Shown piece by piece: positions 16,891-27,221 of a stretch of DNA of 64,000 nucleotides. The stretch's first letter is position 1; each line of letters opens with the position of its first letter. The translations under genes and the position numbers were made by a program. The stretch covers positions 3,345 through 67,344 of the forward strand of contig CAYRHX010000002.1 of the NCBI GenBank assembly GCA_964424265.1, written 5' to 3'. The DNA is from an uncultured Candidatus Saccharibacteria bacterium (lineage in GTDB: Bacteria; Patescibacteriota; Minisyncoccia; Phycocordibacterales; UBA2100). Below the pieces are notes generated by a model, which was not told the DNA's origin, searched no databases, and saw nothing but the letters and a program-made list of their open reading frames with translations.

Positions 16891-18567
16891 TCATGCCGAG
16901 ATCACGTCTACAATCCGAAGTGCGAGGCCGCCGCGGAAAGTGTCGCGCTCGATCGTGGCGAGTATTCCCGCCGCAACTCCTGGCGCTGGGCACAGAGAAA
17001 AGTCTTCAGGTGATTTGAAGAAATCGAATGCCCGCATGCCGCGACCCGTAGTACGACACTCGAGTAATACTTCGACGTGATTGCCCTCTTTACCGAAACG
17101 CTTCACACCGATCACACGCGCTCCACTCATCAGAAACACAGGCTTTGGATTACCGATACCAAATGGCGCGAGCCTAGAAACATCTTTGAGAAGCGCCCCC
17201 GAGACTTCGGAAAGGGTAAGGATAAATTCGTGCGAGCGCTCTACCTCGACTGACTTCGTCTTCGGTACGCGATTCAATGCTGCCGACAAGGCTTCTGGTA
17301 GACGATGCACGTTGTCATGTGAAACGCTGAAGCCACCTGATGCGTTGTGTCCACCGTACTCTATAAACGCATCGCCGGCCTCGGCAAACAATTCAACAAC
17401 AGAAACCTCGCCGTCGGATCGGCACGATCCTTTTAAATTACCGAGCGCATCCCTTCCCCACATACAGACGACACCGCCGCGATCTCCCATGATTGAATTC
17501 GCCGCAAGTCCCAAGAGTGCGGGCTTCCATTCTGGATTGCCGAGGACGACGATGCGATCTTCTAGTTTGTATCGCGCGTCCACATGATGCCGCGCCTGCT
17601 TCACCACACCAGCAACGACACTCTTGCGTTTGGTATTTAATTTTTCTAATTGCGCGGCAAGCAATTCCGCTCGCCCCACGTCGGCCGTCGTCAAAAGTTC
17701 TAGCGCGAGCATGGGCTCGTCCATCCGAGATGCCGCATTGATGCGGGGCGCAATTGAAAAGCCGATATCATCTTCAGTGATTTCATTTTTCCGCATACGC
17801 GTCTTCTCACAGAGCGCGATGATTCCTGGTCGCGGAGATTTACGCAGAACCTGTAACCCCCAATATGCGAGTGCGCGATTCTCACCGACGAGCGGCACCA
17901 TGTCCGCAACCGCTGCGATCGCGACCATATCGAGCAGCCACTTTTCCCACCCGAGCGGTATATCCACGTAACGTTTTTCTTCGCGCCGACGACCGTCGAT
18001 CAGCATCGCCTGCACAAGCTTAAATGCAACCGCCGCTCCACATAAATGAGGAAAGGGATACCCTTCAATTTTTGGATTGAGAAGCGCATACGCATCCGGG
18101 AGATCTCCAGAAATCTCGTGGTGATCCGTGACGATGACATCAACCCTTTTTTCTTTTGCAAATTTCACTGCCTCAACCGCCTTCGTGCCGACGTCGATCG
18201 TGATGATGAGCGACACGCCGCGCGCGGAAAGCGCAGAGATCGCTTCCGTGTGAAACCCATATCCTTCGCGATCACGGTGCGGAAGATACACTTCGAAATT
18301 TTCATACCCGATCTTACGAAAGAGATCCCCGAGAAGCGCAGCGCCCGGTATCCCATCACAATCAAAGTCCGCGTAGATCGCGATCCGCTCATTGTTATTC
18401 ACCGCCGCATTCACGCGCGCCACCGCCCTGTCCATCCCGTTCAATAAAAAAGGGTCGTGAGTATCTCTCACGTAATCGGGCGCGAGAAAAGCCGCAATAT
18501 TTTCTTCACCCTCTACTTCGCGTCGCGTAAGAAGAGTACGTACCAATTCTGAATATGCAGCAGACAT
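16891..18567 (-). CDS. recJ: Single-stranded-DNA-specific exonuclease RecJ
   Basis: DHH motifs ...IAIYADFDCDGIPGAALL..., DVGT, VIVTDHHE. Confidence 0.9.
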   Translation of the reverse strand: MSAAYSELVRTLLTRREVEGEENIAAFLAPDYVRDTHDPFLLNGMDRAVARVNAAVNNNERIAIYADFDCDGIPGAALLGDLFRKIGYENFEVYLPHRDREGYGFHTEAISALSARGVSLIITIDVGTKAVEAVKFAKEKRVDVIVTDHHEISGDLPDAYALLNPKIEGYPFPHLCGAAVAFKLVQAMLIDGRRREEKRYVDIPLGWEKWLLDMVAIAAVADMVPLVGENRALAYWGLQVLRKSPRPGIIALCEKTRMRKNEITEDDIGFSIAPRINAASRMDEPMLALELLTTADVGRAELLAAQLEKLNTKRKSVVAGVVKQARHHVDARYKLEDRIVVLGNPEWKPALLGLAANSIMGDRGGVVCMWGRDALGNLKGSCRSDGEVSVVELFAEAGDAFIEYGGHNASGGFSVSHDNVHRLPEALSAALNRVPKTKSVEVERSHEFILTLSEVSGALLKDVSRLAPFGIGNPKPVFLMSGARVIGVKRFGKEGNHVEVLLECRTTGRGMRAFDFFKSPEDFSLCPAPGVAAGILATIERDTFRGGLALRIVDVISA

Positions 18568-18628
18568 GCGCGTGATTGTACCTCAACGCCCAACCCGTTG
18601 TCTGCAAAACAAGATTCCTTAGACCGAC

Positions 18629-18916
18629 TCACGAAGAGTTGTGCTTTTTGTAGACACGATCGTGATGGTCAAAGTCAATCAGGCGCACCTCGCGAGCCCT
18701 GATTTCATACAGAAGCACAAACGATCCCTTGACGTGAACGCGTCGATAATTACGGAGCGTGTGTCGTAGGGGCTTTCCAATTTCCGGTTCGCGAACAAGC
18801 TTAGCAAAATGCGCGGTAAGCTCCCGCACCAGATCCGGCTTTTTCTTTTTTAGATGTCGAATTACACGTTCAAAATTGAGAGAGAATGTGAGCGTATATC
18901 TGTCGCCCTCACTCAT
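18629..18916 (-). CDS. Type II toxin, RelE/ParE family
   Basis: 95 aa; ...KLVREPEIGKPLRHTLRNYRRVHVKGSFVLLYEIRAREVRLIDFDHHDRVYKK fits the RelE/ParE pattern. Confidence 0.75.
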   Translation of the reverse strand: MSEGDRYTLTFSLNFERVIRHLKKKKPDLVRELTAHFAKLVREPEIGKPLRHTLRNYRRVHVKGSFVLLYEIRAREVRLIDFDHHDRVYKKHNSS

Positions 18917-18919
18917 AGA

Positions 18920-19186
18920 CTACATTCTTTCGATAAACGCTTGCGCATCTTTAGCCGAAGTAAAGCGTCGACCCTTTCCCCGATCAAGCGCGAGCGATTC
19001 TCGTTCAAGTAATCTCATTTTCTGTTGTGTGACCCTATCGACAATCCCCACGCTGAGCGTGCCGTCAGCAAACGCTCGTGCTGCAAACTTGAGCACCGAT
19101 GCAAATGGGATACCGTCGCGCTTTGCGCGCTTCATTGCCCGAGCTTTGATCTTCGGATCTATATTGAATACAACCTGTGTTGTCAT
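18920..19186 (-). CDS. Type II antitoxin, RHH (RelB/DinJ/ParD-like)
   Basis: 88 aa; VVFNIDPKIKARAMKRAKRDGIPFASVLKFAARAFADG; 3-nt gap to the toxin. Confidence 0.65.
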   Translation of the reverse strand: MTTQVVFNIDPKIKARAMKRAKRDGIPFASVLKFAARAFADGTLSVGIVDRVTQQKMRLLERESLALDRGKGRRFTSAKDAQAFIERM

Positions 19187-19334
19187 GTGTATAGTTTATA
19201 TATAGCTAATATATATGTCAATGCTTAAGGAGAAACAATCTCAAAGCACAGGCAATCGAGGATCCGTGGGGGATGCTCCATATGGACATGGGATTGAATT
19301 TGCTCTCTATATCATATACTTTATACTCTCTTTT

Positions 19335-19742
19335 ATGGAGGACTGTATTTTCTGCAAAATCGTGCGCGGCGAAATACCCTCGTTTAAGGTATACGAGGAT
19401 GCGAATGTGCTGGCCTTTCTCGACATCCATCCCACAAATCCCGGCCACACGCTCGTCGTACCCAAGATACACGCTGAGAATATCTTTGAAATATCATCAG
19501 AATCATGGTCGCAGGTAATGGAGACCGCGCGCAAACTCTCAATCACGATCGAAAACGCGCTCGATGCGAAAGGAATCAACCTCATGATGAACAACCGCGA
19601 GCACGCGGGCCAGGTCGTCGATCATGTACACGTGCACATCGTCCCCCGCTTCACCGGCGACGCACATCGACAGTGGTCGCAGTCATCCTACAAAGACGGC
19701 GAGGCAGAAAAGATCCTTGATAAAATCCGTAAGGGACTCTAA
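19335..19742 (+). CDS. HIT-family (histidine triad) nucleotide hydrolase
   Basis: CIFCKIVRGEIP...HPTNPGHTLVVPK...HVHVHIVPR. Start placed at MEDCIFCKI; the track ORF begins at 19215. Confidence 0.85.
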   Translation: MEDCIFCKIVRGEIPSFKVYEDANVLAFLDIHPTNPGHTLVVPKIHAENIFEISSESWSQVMETARKLSITIENALDAKGINLMMNNREHAGQVVDHVHVHIVPRFTGDAHRQWSQSSYKDGEAEKILDKIRKGL

Positions 19743-22700
19743 AAAGCGACCGGACCAGGACAGGGTCCGTTACTAATCATGGTCGCGCCAGCAGCATTGA
19801 GGTTGCACACGCTTGAGTATGTGACAGGCGGCACGGCTGCACAGGCCACTCCTTGCGGACAAATCCCTCGAGGGGGTGCGCCGCACACCGGCTTATACAA
19901 GTCAGGGCATCTAATGGGGGCTGAGCCGACCTCAACTGTTGCTGTCGCCTTCGCTGTTTTTCCTCCCGAATCACGGACAAGCATTTTCACTGTGTAAGTA
20001 CCCGCACGGGCATAGCTGTGTGTGAACGTCGTTGATTGCGCCACGGCAGCTCCAGGATAGAAGAAGCTAGCGGGGGCGATCCTCGCATACCATTCATCTC
20101 CCCACTCTATTGAATAGGTGAGCGTGCCGTTTTCAGGGTCCGATGCTTGGACTCTCCATGTGCCTGTGGCGCCTACCGCGAGTGTGGTTGGTCCAGAGAA
20201 CGAAGAGATGACGGGAGACTGATTGTCGTCTGAGGATGTAAAGTACGCCCTACAATACGGATCTTGCGTAGGAGATCCTTCTGCCCGGATGCATGCCATC
20301 ATTGTGCACATCGCAGGAGCTCCGGGAGACGATCGGCTGCACGTATTACATCCATCAAACCAGGATTTGCAACGTGGATCCGCTTCGGGATTCGAGGCGG
20401 TAGGGCGACACGCACCTTCGTACGCAAACGTCGCACCATCTGCCCGCATCGCACATGCATTACTGTAGGTCTGCTGGACAGGATTGCACGGTGTCGTGAT
20501 GCATTGCACCTGCTTCGAGCCACAAACCGGATTGTACTCCATCGTACATGCTTGCGGTCCTCCACCCCCACCTTCGCACCATCGCATCATCTGATTACGA
20601 GAGAGTGGGCCGAACATGCCGAGAGCAGGGAGGCCTTGCGACGACTGCCATCTGGAAACTGACTGTGCGGTGACAGATCCGAAGTGGCCCGTGGGGTCGG
20701 TAGTGAAGTATCCCTGTTCTCGCAAGAATTCTTGCAGTCTCCGCACGTCGTCTCCCCAAAGGCCTACTGAGAGATCGCGGTAGAGCGCTTTGCAGATCGG
20801 ATGCTTGGGAGGGACGGGATTGGGGGTTGGCGGTTGTGGAGCCGGTCGACACGCCCCTTCGTATGCAAGCGTCGCGCCATCGGCCTTCATCTTGCACTTG
20901 TTGCCGTATGTCGTCGGCACCGGATCACACGGTGTCGTGATACAAACGATCGGCTTCTTGCCGCAGACGGGTATGTATTCCTCTGTGCATGCGATCGTGA
21001 CTCCGGTATTATTCGCGCAGTTCCCGGCAGTGTCGCGCGTGTAGCCTACAGGTACGCCGATTTGTATATCCTGGATGTTGGCACACGCATCTATTGTCAT
21101 TCCCGTGCATGTCGATGGCCACACTGCGGGACACGGATGAATCGGGCCGATGTGGCAATTTCCGTTGGTCTTGGAATAACCATTGGGTACAACGGCCTGT
21201 GCTCCTAGAATGTTTGGACAGAGATCGGTGATCGAATCTTGCGAGGTGACCGTGATCATCGTGGCGCCTGCCCACACGTCTTGTGTGAAGCTGCCGTTGA
21301 ATTGGTTCACATCAGAAAAGTCGTATATCTTCGCTCGTATTGTGTAGGTGCCTGCCTCTGCGTATGTGTGAATGCCACACGGTGCGTTGCGTCCGTTTTG
21401 CGTGGGATACGTGCCGTCGCCCCAATCAATTGAGAATGTACGGCCGCCAAAGCGGGGCTGATTGTTCGTACACTCTGAAGAAACGAGCGACCTCCATTCT
21501 TCAGGAAAGATAGCCGAGACGGTAAGCGGCGCCTCCCCTGAGGTGGGAGACGCTGAAAATGCCGATATCGGAGGCAAGCACCCAACCCCTCCCACACCTT
21601 CCGCACAAACATGCGGAGCGAGATCAATTATTATAGGGACTGGAACGGGCATTTTATTGTATAGATCTGCCACCTGAGTTTCGGATAGAGCCGTCTTGTA
21701 GTACACGAAGTTTGCCAACGACCCCTTGAAATGATTGATGCCGTTGGGGTAGTAGCCAGGCATATCGTACATGCGACCGATTGAGGGCATCGAATTGTGG
21801 TACCCCCTGTTGTTTGACGCTACGTCGATGGTCTTCACAGGCCGACCATTTAGATACACGGTCGAAGCGCTGCCCGTATTTACCCACGTCATGTGATTCC
21901 AGGTACCTGATATATTCCTCGACAATGGCACTTCGTACTGCCGCGCCGATGCACAACCGCTACCCAAAAGCGAAGATCCATTTTTGTCCGCACGGATAAA
22001 CACCGAATCTGCATCTACCGATAGCACGAGGTCATTTCCGTTGTTGCCATCCGCGTCGGAGAAGATCGTGCCGCAACTCGTACCCATGAAATACACCCAC
22101 GCTCCGATCGTAAATTCGTTTGAATCAGGTACCGGGGTCATCGAAACATACGAGTCAGTGCCATTAAACTGTAGTGGGCCTTTCCATGAGAGGACGGGGG
22201 TGGGTTCGGCAACACTCCCGACCGTGATCGTCGCCGTGCTAATGACCGTATCTTGTACAAGGCCGAGAGAACATGCAATCATGGTGAGAATATTCCCGCT
22301 GCACTTTTCCAAGAGACGCGCCGCGTAGGTGCCGGGACTCGCATACGTATGTGCCTTAAATACCGCGCATTTGTTGGCGAGAAAAGCCTGCTCCGAACAA
22401 CCCATTCCCACATTCAAGGCGAGCGTTGTGCCGTCGCCAAACTCAAGCATGTGCTGCATCGAAGCCTCGCGAGGGATGGTGAAGGTCACGGCAAGTGGAG
22501 CTATGCCCGATGTCGGAGATGCCGTGAACGGTGGGGACACCGACGGTGTCACAACGGGATTGGCAGGAACCTCTGGTCCATTGGACATCACGTACTTAAC
22601 GGCAATACGAACGGTGCTGTCGGAGGCCGTGGTTACATTAAAAGAGCAGATGAGACCGGTGCATCGCACAGGAGTAGTAAACTGGCTCACCGAGCAGGGC

Positions 22701-23626
22701 GTACCGCCGGAGGGAAACGAACACGTTCCTACGCTTTCCGTAAACCTAGGAATATCGATGACGCGAACCGTGTGAACACCTGGATCCACCGACGAAAATG
22801 CCGATGGATTTGATCTCATGTATTTTCCTTGTCCGTCGAGCTGCGCTTCCACTCTTCTTGGGGCCGACTCTGTGGTCATATCTTCGCCCACATGGGTAAC
22901 AGACAAAATCTCTGGTTGCTCAGTGCCAGGCACCATCGGCGTGTACAAAACTACAATGCGCGTAGAGGCTCCTCCGAAAACCTGTATCGGAATGAGGCAA
23001 GTCTTCCCGTCACACAATGGAGAGAAGGGGTATACCGAAACAGAGCAGCGCGTGTCGCCGTTTCTAAATGAGCACGAAGCGACGCGTTCGGCGTATCCGG
23101 AGATATCACGGATCTGTACCACGTGCGACCCCTCAGCGACAGATCCAAAATCTGCAATGTTGCCCGATTTGTTCGAGCCAGAATCGAGCTTCGCTTTGAC
23201 TCCAGAGGGTGGGATCTCGAGCGATCCAATGCCTACGTGTTTCACCGAAATTCTACCGATGCGTGACGTGTCGCTCGGGGCGGGATCCGCTTGCTGGGCG
23301 TTCACGGCAGGTTGACTGTCCGTCCCTCCCGGAGTCCCTGTGGGAGATCCATCACTTGGACCACTTTGGGACGTGCCTTGTGATGCTGATTGGGACGACT
23401 GTGATCCCACCGCGCTATTCGGTGCTCCATCTGGATTTGGATTAGTGCAGCATGCATCTGCTGGCGATACACTATCAGGACCGTCGGGAGAGACGGAGGT
23501 CTCAGAAGGAGATACGCCCGCATCGACACCATCCGCCTCCTCCGCATGTACAATAGATACGTATACAAAAATAGATGCTGCCGCAACGAGGAGACCAATA
23601 AGTGGGAACGCGATTTTTTTGCTCAT
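19739..23626 (-). CDS. Giant secreted multidomain surface protein (1295 aa): signal peptide, Ser/Gly/Pro-rich linker, PKD-like repeats, LamG/concanavalin-like domain, three Kazal-like domains, PG_binding_1-like domain
   Basis: Signal MSKKIAFPLIGLLVAAASIFVYVSIVHA. Kazal-like units EYIPVCGKKPIVCITTPCDPVPTTYGNKCKMKADGATLAYEGAC, EYNPVCGSKQVQCITTPCNPVQQTYSNACAMRADGATFAYEGAC and LYKPVCGAPPRGICPQG...TYSSVCNLNAAGATMISNGPC. PKD-like FGDGT / WGDGTY / IEWGDEWY. LQEFLREQGYFTTDPTGHFGSVTAQSVSRWQ is PG-binding-like. Confidence 0.7.
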   Translation of the reverse strand: MSKKIAFPLIGLLVAAASIFVYVSIVHAEEADGVDAGVSPSETSVSPDGPDSVSPADACCTNPNPDGAPNSAVGSQSSQSASQGTSQSGPSDGSPTGTPGGTDSQPAVNAQQADPAPSDTSRIGRISVKHVGIGSLEIPPSGVKAKLDSGSNKSGNIADFGSVAEGSHVVQIRDISGYAERVASCSFRNGDTRCSVSVYPFSPLCDGKTCLIPIQVFGGASTRIVVLYTPMVPGTEQPEILSVTHVGEDMTTESAPRRVEAQLDGQGKYMRSNPSAFSSVDPGVHTVRVIDIPRFTESVGTCSFPSGGTPCSVSQFTTPVRCTGLICSFNVTTASDSTVRIAVKYVMSNGPEVPANPVVTPSVSPPFTASPTSGIAPLAVTFTIPREASMQHMLEFGDGTTLALNVGMGCSEQAFLANKCAVFKAHTYASPGTYAARLLEKCSGNILTMIACSLGLVQDTVISTATITVGSVAEPTPVLSWKGPLQFNGTDSYVSMTPVPDSNEFTIGAWVYFMGTSCGTIFSDADGNNGNDLVLSVDADSVFIRADKNGSSLLGSGCASARQYEVPLSRNISGTWNHMTWVNTGSASTVYLNGRPVKTIDVASNNRGYHNSMPSIGRMYDMPGYYPNGINHFKGSLANFVYYKTALSETQVADLYNKMPVPVPIIIDLAPHVCAEGVGGVGCLPPISAFSASPTSGEAPLTVSAIFPEEWRSLVSSECTNNQPRFGGRTFSIDWGDGTYPTQNGRNAPCGIHTYAEAGTYTIRAKIYDFSDVNQFNGSFTQDVWAGATMITVTSQDSITDLCPNILGAQAVVPNGYSKTNGNCHIGPIHPCPAVWPSTCTGMTIDACANIQDIQIGVPVGYTRDTAGNCANNTGVTIACTEEYIPVCGKKPIVCITTPCDPVPTTYGNKCKMKADGATLAYEGACRPAPQPPTPNPVPPKHPICKALYRDLSVGLWGDDVRRLQEFLREQGYFTTDPTGHFGSVTAQSVSRWQSSQGLPALGMFGPLSRNQMMRWCEGGGGGPQACTMEYNPVCGSKQVQCITTPCNPVQQTYSNACAMRADGATFAYEGACRPTASNPEADPRCKSWFDGCNTCSRSSPGAPAMCTMMACIRAEGSPTQDPYCRAYFTSSDDNQSPVISSFSGPTTLAVGATGTWRVQASDPENGTLTYSIEWGDEWYARIAPASFFYPGAAVAQSTTFTHSYARAGTYTVKMLVRDSGGKTAKATATVEVGSAPIRCPDLYKPVCGAPPRGICPQGVACAAVPPVTYSSVCNLNAAGATMISNGPCPGPVAF

Positions 23627-23753
23627 GATAAAAAGTGATGTCGAATAATTACTGACATGATATCATTATTCATGCAGACGCCTATCTGCCTTGTGTATTA
23701 CAAGGTTGTGCAGAATGAGAGATTACCTCAACGCCTCGGCCCCTTCAGCGGTG

Positions 23754-24881
23754 TTATTTGAGCGCGTCAGTGCCCGGCAACGCACCCTTCAATAGGTACT
23801 CGAGCATGGCGCCGCCGCCAGTAGACAGAAAGCCGAGCGATTCCTGAGGTACGCCGGTCTTTTCTATAGCTGCAATCGTGTCTCCGCCTCCGATCACTTT
23901 CTTCGCCGTACTTTCTGAAATGAGCTGCGCGATCCCCTGCGTGTAGTGTATGTAGCCACTCTCGTACATGCCCGTCGGGCCCGCCCACAATATAAACTTC
24001 GCTCCCGCAATATGCGGAGCCAGCATCGCAACCGTATCGGGGCCGATATCGACAATCTTATCGTCTGGTTGCACATCTTCCGGCTTCTTTACACGCGCTT
24101 GTCCGTCGGAAGTTTCCGTCGTGACGTCGATAGGAGCGAGGAAGTGCGGATGCTCCAGAATTGACACATCGGGCAATTCTTTGGATATGAGAGAGCGGCC
24201 TACGGGGAGCCCACGCGCCTTGAAGACATCGTTGGCAAGTGCGCCAGTAATGAATACACGATCGTACCTTTCAAGCAGCAACTTGATGAGTGGAGCCTTG
24301 GTCTCAAACTTTGCACCGCCCAGTATCGCAAAAGAGGGTGAGAGCGGCGAACGTGCGGCATCGATCTCGCGCACTTCGTTGCGCATAAGGAGCCCCGCAT
24401 ACGAAGGGAGAAACTTGGTGATGTTGACCATCGTCGTGCTCGTACGGTGAACACTTGGAAACGCATCGTTTACGTATATCTCAGCCAGTGCGGCCAATTC
24501 TTTTCCGAATCCGTCGTCGCCAGAGACTTCACGAGGATCCTGCTGTAAATTCTCAAGAAGCACAACGTCGCCGTCTTTCATCGCCCCGATCGCATCTCGC
24601 ACGATCGCTCCCCTGAGCCCTGGCACAAAAAATACAGGAAAGTACGCCTCCATCGCTTTCGCTACCGGGGCCATGCTATCTTTCGGATCACGCCCAATTT
24701 TCGCCACGACGATAACGCGGGAGCCGCTTTTTACTAGAAAATCTATAGTGGCACACGACTGTTTCAAACGAAACAGGTCGGTCACTTCCCCGCTTTTGTT
24801 TACCGGAAGATCGAGGCCAGCACGCAACAAGACCCGTTTCCCCCTTAATTCACTCAACGGGATTTCATCAATGCATTTCAT
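23754..24881 (-). CDS. pgk: Phosphoglycerate kinase
   Basis: ...VLLRAGLDLPV..., ...FILWAGPTGMYE..., GGGDTIAAIEK...STGGGAMLE are PGK motifs. Confidence 0.9.
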   Translation of the reverse strand: MKCIDEIPLSELRGKRVLLRAGLDLPVNKSGEVTDLFRLKQSCATIDFLVKSGSRVIVVAKIGRDPKDSMAPVAKAMEAYFPVFFVPGLRGAIVRDAIGAMKDGDVVLLENLQQDPREVSGDDGFGKELAALAEIYVNDAFPSVHRTSTTMVNITKFLPSYAGLLMRNEVREIDAARSPLSPSFAILGGAKFETKAPLIKLLLERYDRVFITGALANDVFKARGLPVGRSLISKELPDVSILEHPHFLAPIDVTTETSDGQARVKKPEDVQPDDKIVDIGPDTVAMLAPHIAGAKFILWAGPTGMYESGYIHYTQGIAQLISESTAKKVIGGGDTIAAIEKTGVPQESLGFLSTGGGAMLEYLLKGALPGTDALK

Positions 24882-25630
24882 GCGTTTGATAGTGAGCTCA
24901 TAAGCGCCTCAAATCTCTCCGCATCTTCGCTCGCGCGCCCCACAAGCAGGCCGTGCACATCACCTTCGCGCAGCATTGCTGCCGCACTCGTCTCGTCCAC
25001 TGATCCGCCGTAGAGTATTTTCGTGTTCATTCCGCCTTCACCAAGCAATCCTACAATCGTCTTTCGGATGAAAATCGCCATTTCATGCATGTCGCGCGGA
25101 CTCATGGCGCGTGAGGCGCCAATCGTCCAAAGCGGTTCGTAGGTAATGATAACGCGACTGAGCTTTGTGGGGGTTACGTCGGCCAATCCGGCGCGCAGCT
25201 GGTCCTTCACGGTCGTAAAATATACGCCGTCAGAATTGCGTGCTGTTTCACCTACGCAGAGAATGGGTGTTATGTCGGCCGCGAGAGCAGCTGCCACCTT
25301 TTTCCTCGTATCGTCGTTGGTCTCTCCCATCCCGCGTCGCTCCGCATGGCCAATGAGGACATACGCGATTCCGGCATCCTTCGCCTGAGCGCACGAAATC
25401 TCTCCCGTGTATGCGCCCTTCGATTCAAAATGTACGTTTTGGAGCGCAAATGCAATCCGCTTTCCTTTGTATGCGCTCCGCAACTCTCGCGCGTAGAGTG
25501 CGGGAGGCGCAATAACGACCGATGCGTTCTTTGTACGATCCACGACGCGCTTCGTCGCTTCGAAAAGCTTCTTCGCATCGCGCCACGTCGAAGGATTCAT
25601 CTTCCAATTTCCGACGAGCAAGAATTTCAT
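24878..25630 (-). CDS. tpiA: Triosephosphate isomerase
   Basis: LVGNWKMN...VLIGHAERR...GGSV are TIM motifs; 4-nt overlap with pgk. Confidence 0.9.
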   Translation of the reverse strand: MKFLLVGNWKMNPSTWRDAKKLFEATKRVVDRTKNASVVIAPPALYARELRSAYKGKRIAFALQNVHFESKGAYTGEISCAQAKDAGIAYVLIGHAERRGMGETNDDTRKKVAAALAADITPILCVGETARNSDGVYFTTVKDQLRAGLADVTPTKLSRVIITYEPLWTIGASRAMSPRDMHEMAIFIRKTIVGLLGEGGMNTKILYGGSVDETSAAAMLREGDVHGLLVGRASEDAERFEALMSSLSNA

Positions 25631-25700
25631 TTTGCGATTGTACCACGTGTGACAATTCTCAAGAATCAGACGCCAATATCACTGGTATACTACTGAGAAC

Positions 25701-26177
25701 ATGAGCTACACGAAGCGCGGTGCACGCGCTGGCGTATCGCTAATAGAGATTTTGATGGTAATCGCCATTTTTTTGGTGCTTTTCGTACTGACCACACGCT
25801 CCTTCAGCACAACGAACGCAAGCAAGGCACTCGATACGGAGGCACAGCATATCGTCGCCGAACTCAACAGGGCCAGATCATTGACACTCTCGTCGAAAAA
25901 TTCCCAGCAATATGGTATTCATTTTGCGACCACGAGCATTACGTTATTTCAGAGCGCGACGTATGAAGTCGGAAGCTCAACAAACGACACTGTATTCCTT
26001 CGCACACTCATACAAGTAGCCTCTACGAGCTTCGCGGGAGGAGGGTCCAACGTCGTTTTCGAGCGACTCACGGGAAAGACGACACAAAATGGCACAGTCA
26101 CACTTTCTTTGAGATCTGACGCGTCACGTACAAAGACTGTCACCATATATGCAACTGGTCTCGTTGAAACACAATGA
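25701..26177 (+). CDS. Type IV pilin-like protein (prepilin N-terminal methylation motif)
   Basis: MSYTKRGARAG|VSLIEILMVIAIFLVL... with Glu at +5. Confidence 0.75.
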   Translation: MSYTKRGARAGVSLIEILMVIAIFLVLFVLTTRSFSTTNASKALDTEAQHIVAELNRARSLTLSSKNSQQYGIHFATTSITLFQSATYEVGSSTNDTVFLRTLIQVASTSFAGGGSNVVFERLTGKTTQNGTVTLSLRSDASRTKTVTIYATGLVETQ

Positions 26178-26680
26178 GTATGCAAACACCTCGATCAATA
26201 CGTGGATTTAGCCAAGCGCAACGTGGAACCATGTTGATTGAGTCTGTGGTCGGGATCGGCATCGCGCTAATTACCCTCGTGGGCACGATGTCGGCGTTTT
26301 CCTATCTCTACCGCGCTTCAGTCAACAATATATTGACGGTGCAGGCAGCCTTTCTCGAAGAAGAGGGCCTCGAGGCCGCGCGCATCATGCGCGACAATGC
26401 CTGGAGCAATATCTCCTCGCAAACATCAGGCGCGAGTGTGTATCTTCAATTCAATGGGACAACATGGGCCACAAGCACCAACAATACATTTATCGACGGC
26501 ACGTTTGAACGTAAGGTCGTGTTTACAAATGTGTACCGAGATGCCAATCAAAACATTGCCCCCACGGGCACACTCGACGCCAATATCAAAAAGGTGACCG
26601 TCTCAATATCGTGGCGCGATCACGGCGCGACGACCACACGGTCGCTTGTCACCTATCTTGCAAACGTATTTAACGAATGA
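26174..26680 (+). CDS. Type IV pilin/pseudopilin-like protein
   Basis: ...QRG|TMLIESVVGIGIALITL...; translationally coupled to the previous gene. Confidence 0.7.
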   Translation: MSMQTPRSIRGFSQAQRGTMLIESVVGIGIALITLVGTMSAFSYLYRASVNNILTVQAAFLEEEGLEAARIMRDNAWSNISSQTSGASVYLQFNGTTWATSTNNTFIDGTFERKVVFTNVYRDANQNIAPTGTLDANIKKVTVSISWRDHGATTTRSLVTYLANVFNE

Positions 26681-27219
26681 GTATGAACACAAAGAAACAC
26701 AGGAAGGCTGGCGCGAGTGGAGCCACCATGATCGAGATGCTCGTCTATATATTTATCCTTGTCCTTCTCGTGTCCGCTGTGATCTATACGCTCTTAACGC
26801 TCGGCAATCTCTATCGATCGATCAAGGCGACGGCAGGGATCAAAGCGGCGGCAAACGTCGCGCTTGAACGAATGACGCGAGAAATCCGCGGAGCAACGAG
26901 TATAGATACGGCAAACAGCATTCTCAACGCCTCCCCCGGCAAGGTCACTCTCAATACACTCGATCAAGATGGGGCAACAACGACCGTGGAGTTTCTTATG
27001 ATCGGAAACACACCGCACATTAAAGAAGCGGGGGTAGACATGGGTCCGCTCTCGGGCACAGGTGTACGGGTGACAAGCTTGATTTTCCGGTCAATCACTG
27101 CGGCTCGATCTCAGGGAGTCAAGATCGAAATGCACATCGAGAGCGGCAGCGGCAAGAGTTACAAGACGGAGTCATTCTATGCAACGGCCGTGCTGCGCGG
27201 CTCATACCCCATTCAATAA
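26677..27219 (+). CDS. Type IV pilin/pseudopilin-like protein
   Basis: ...SG|ATMIEMLVYIFILVLL... Confidence 0.7.
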   Translation: MSMNTKKHRKAGASGATMIEMLVYIFILVLLVSAVIYTLLTLGNLYRSIKATAGIKAAANVALERMTREIRGATSIDTANSILNASPGKVTLNTLDQDGATTTVEFLMIGNTPHIKEAGVDMGPLSGTGVRVTSLIFRSITAARSQGVKIEMHIESGSGKSYKTESFYATAVLRGSYPIQ

Positions 27220-27221
27220 GT

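Noticed and set aside
19777-23648. Dozens of short ORFs nested in or antisense to the 1295-aa gene
   Set aside because: The single long frame has a signal peptide and recognisable domain repeats throughout; the nested ORFs are Arg/Cys-rich artefacts.
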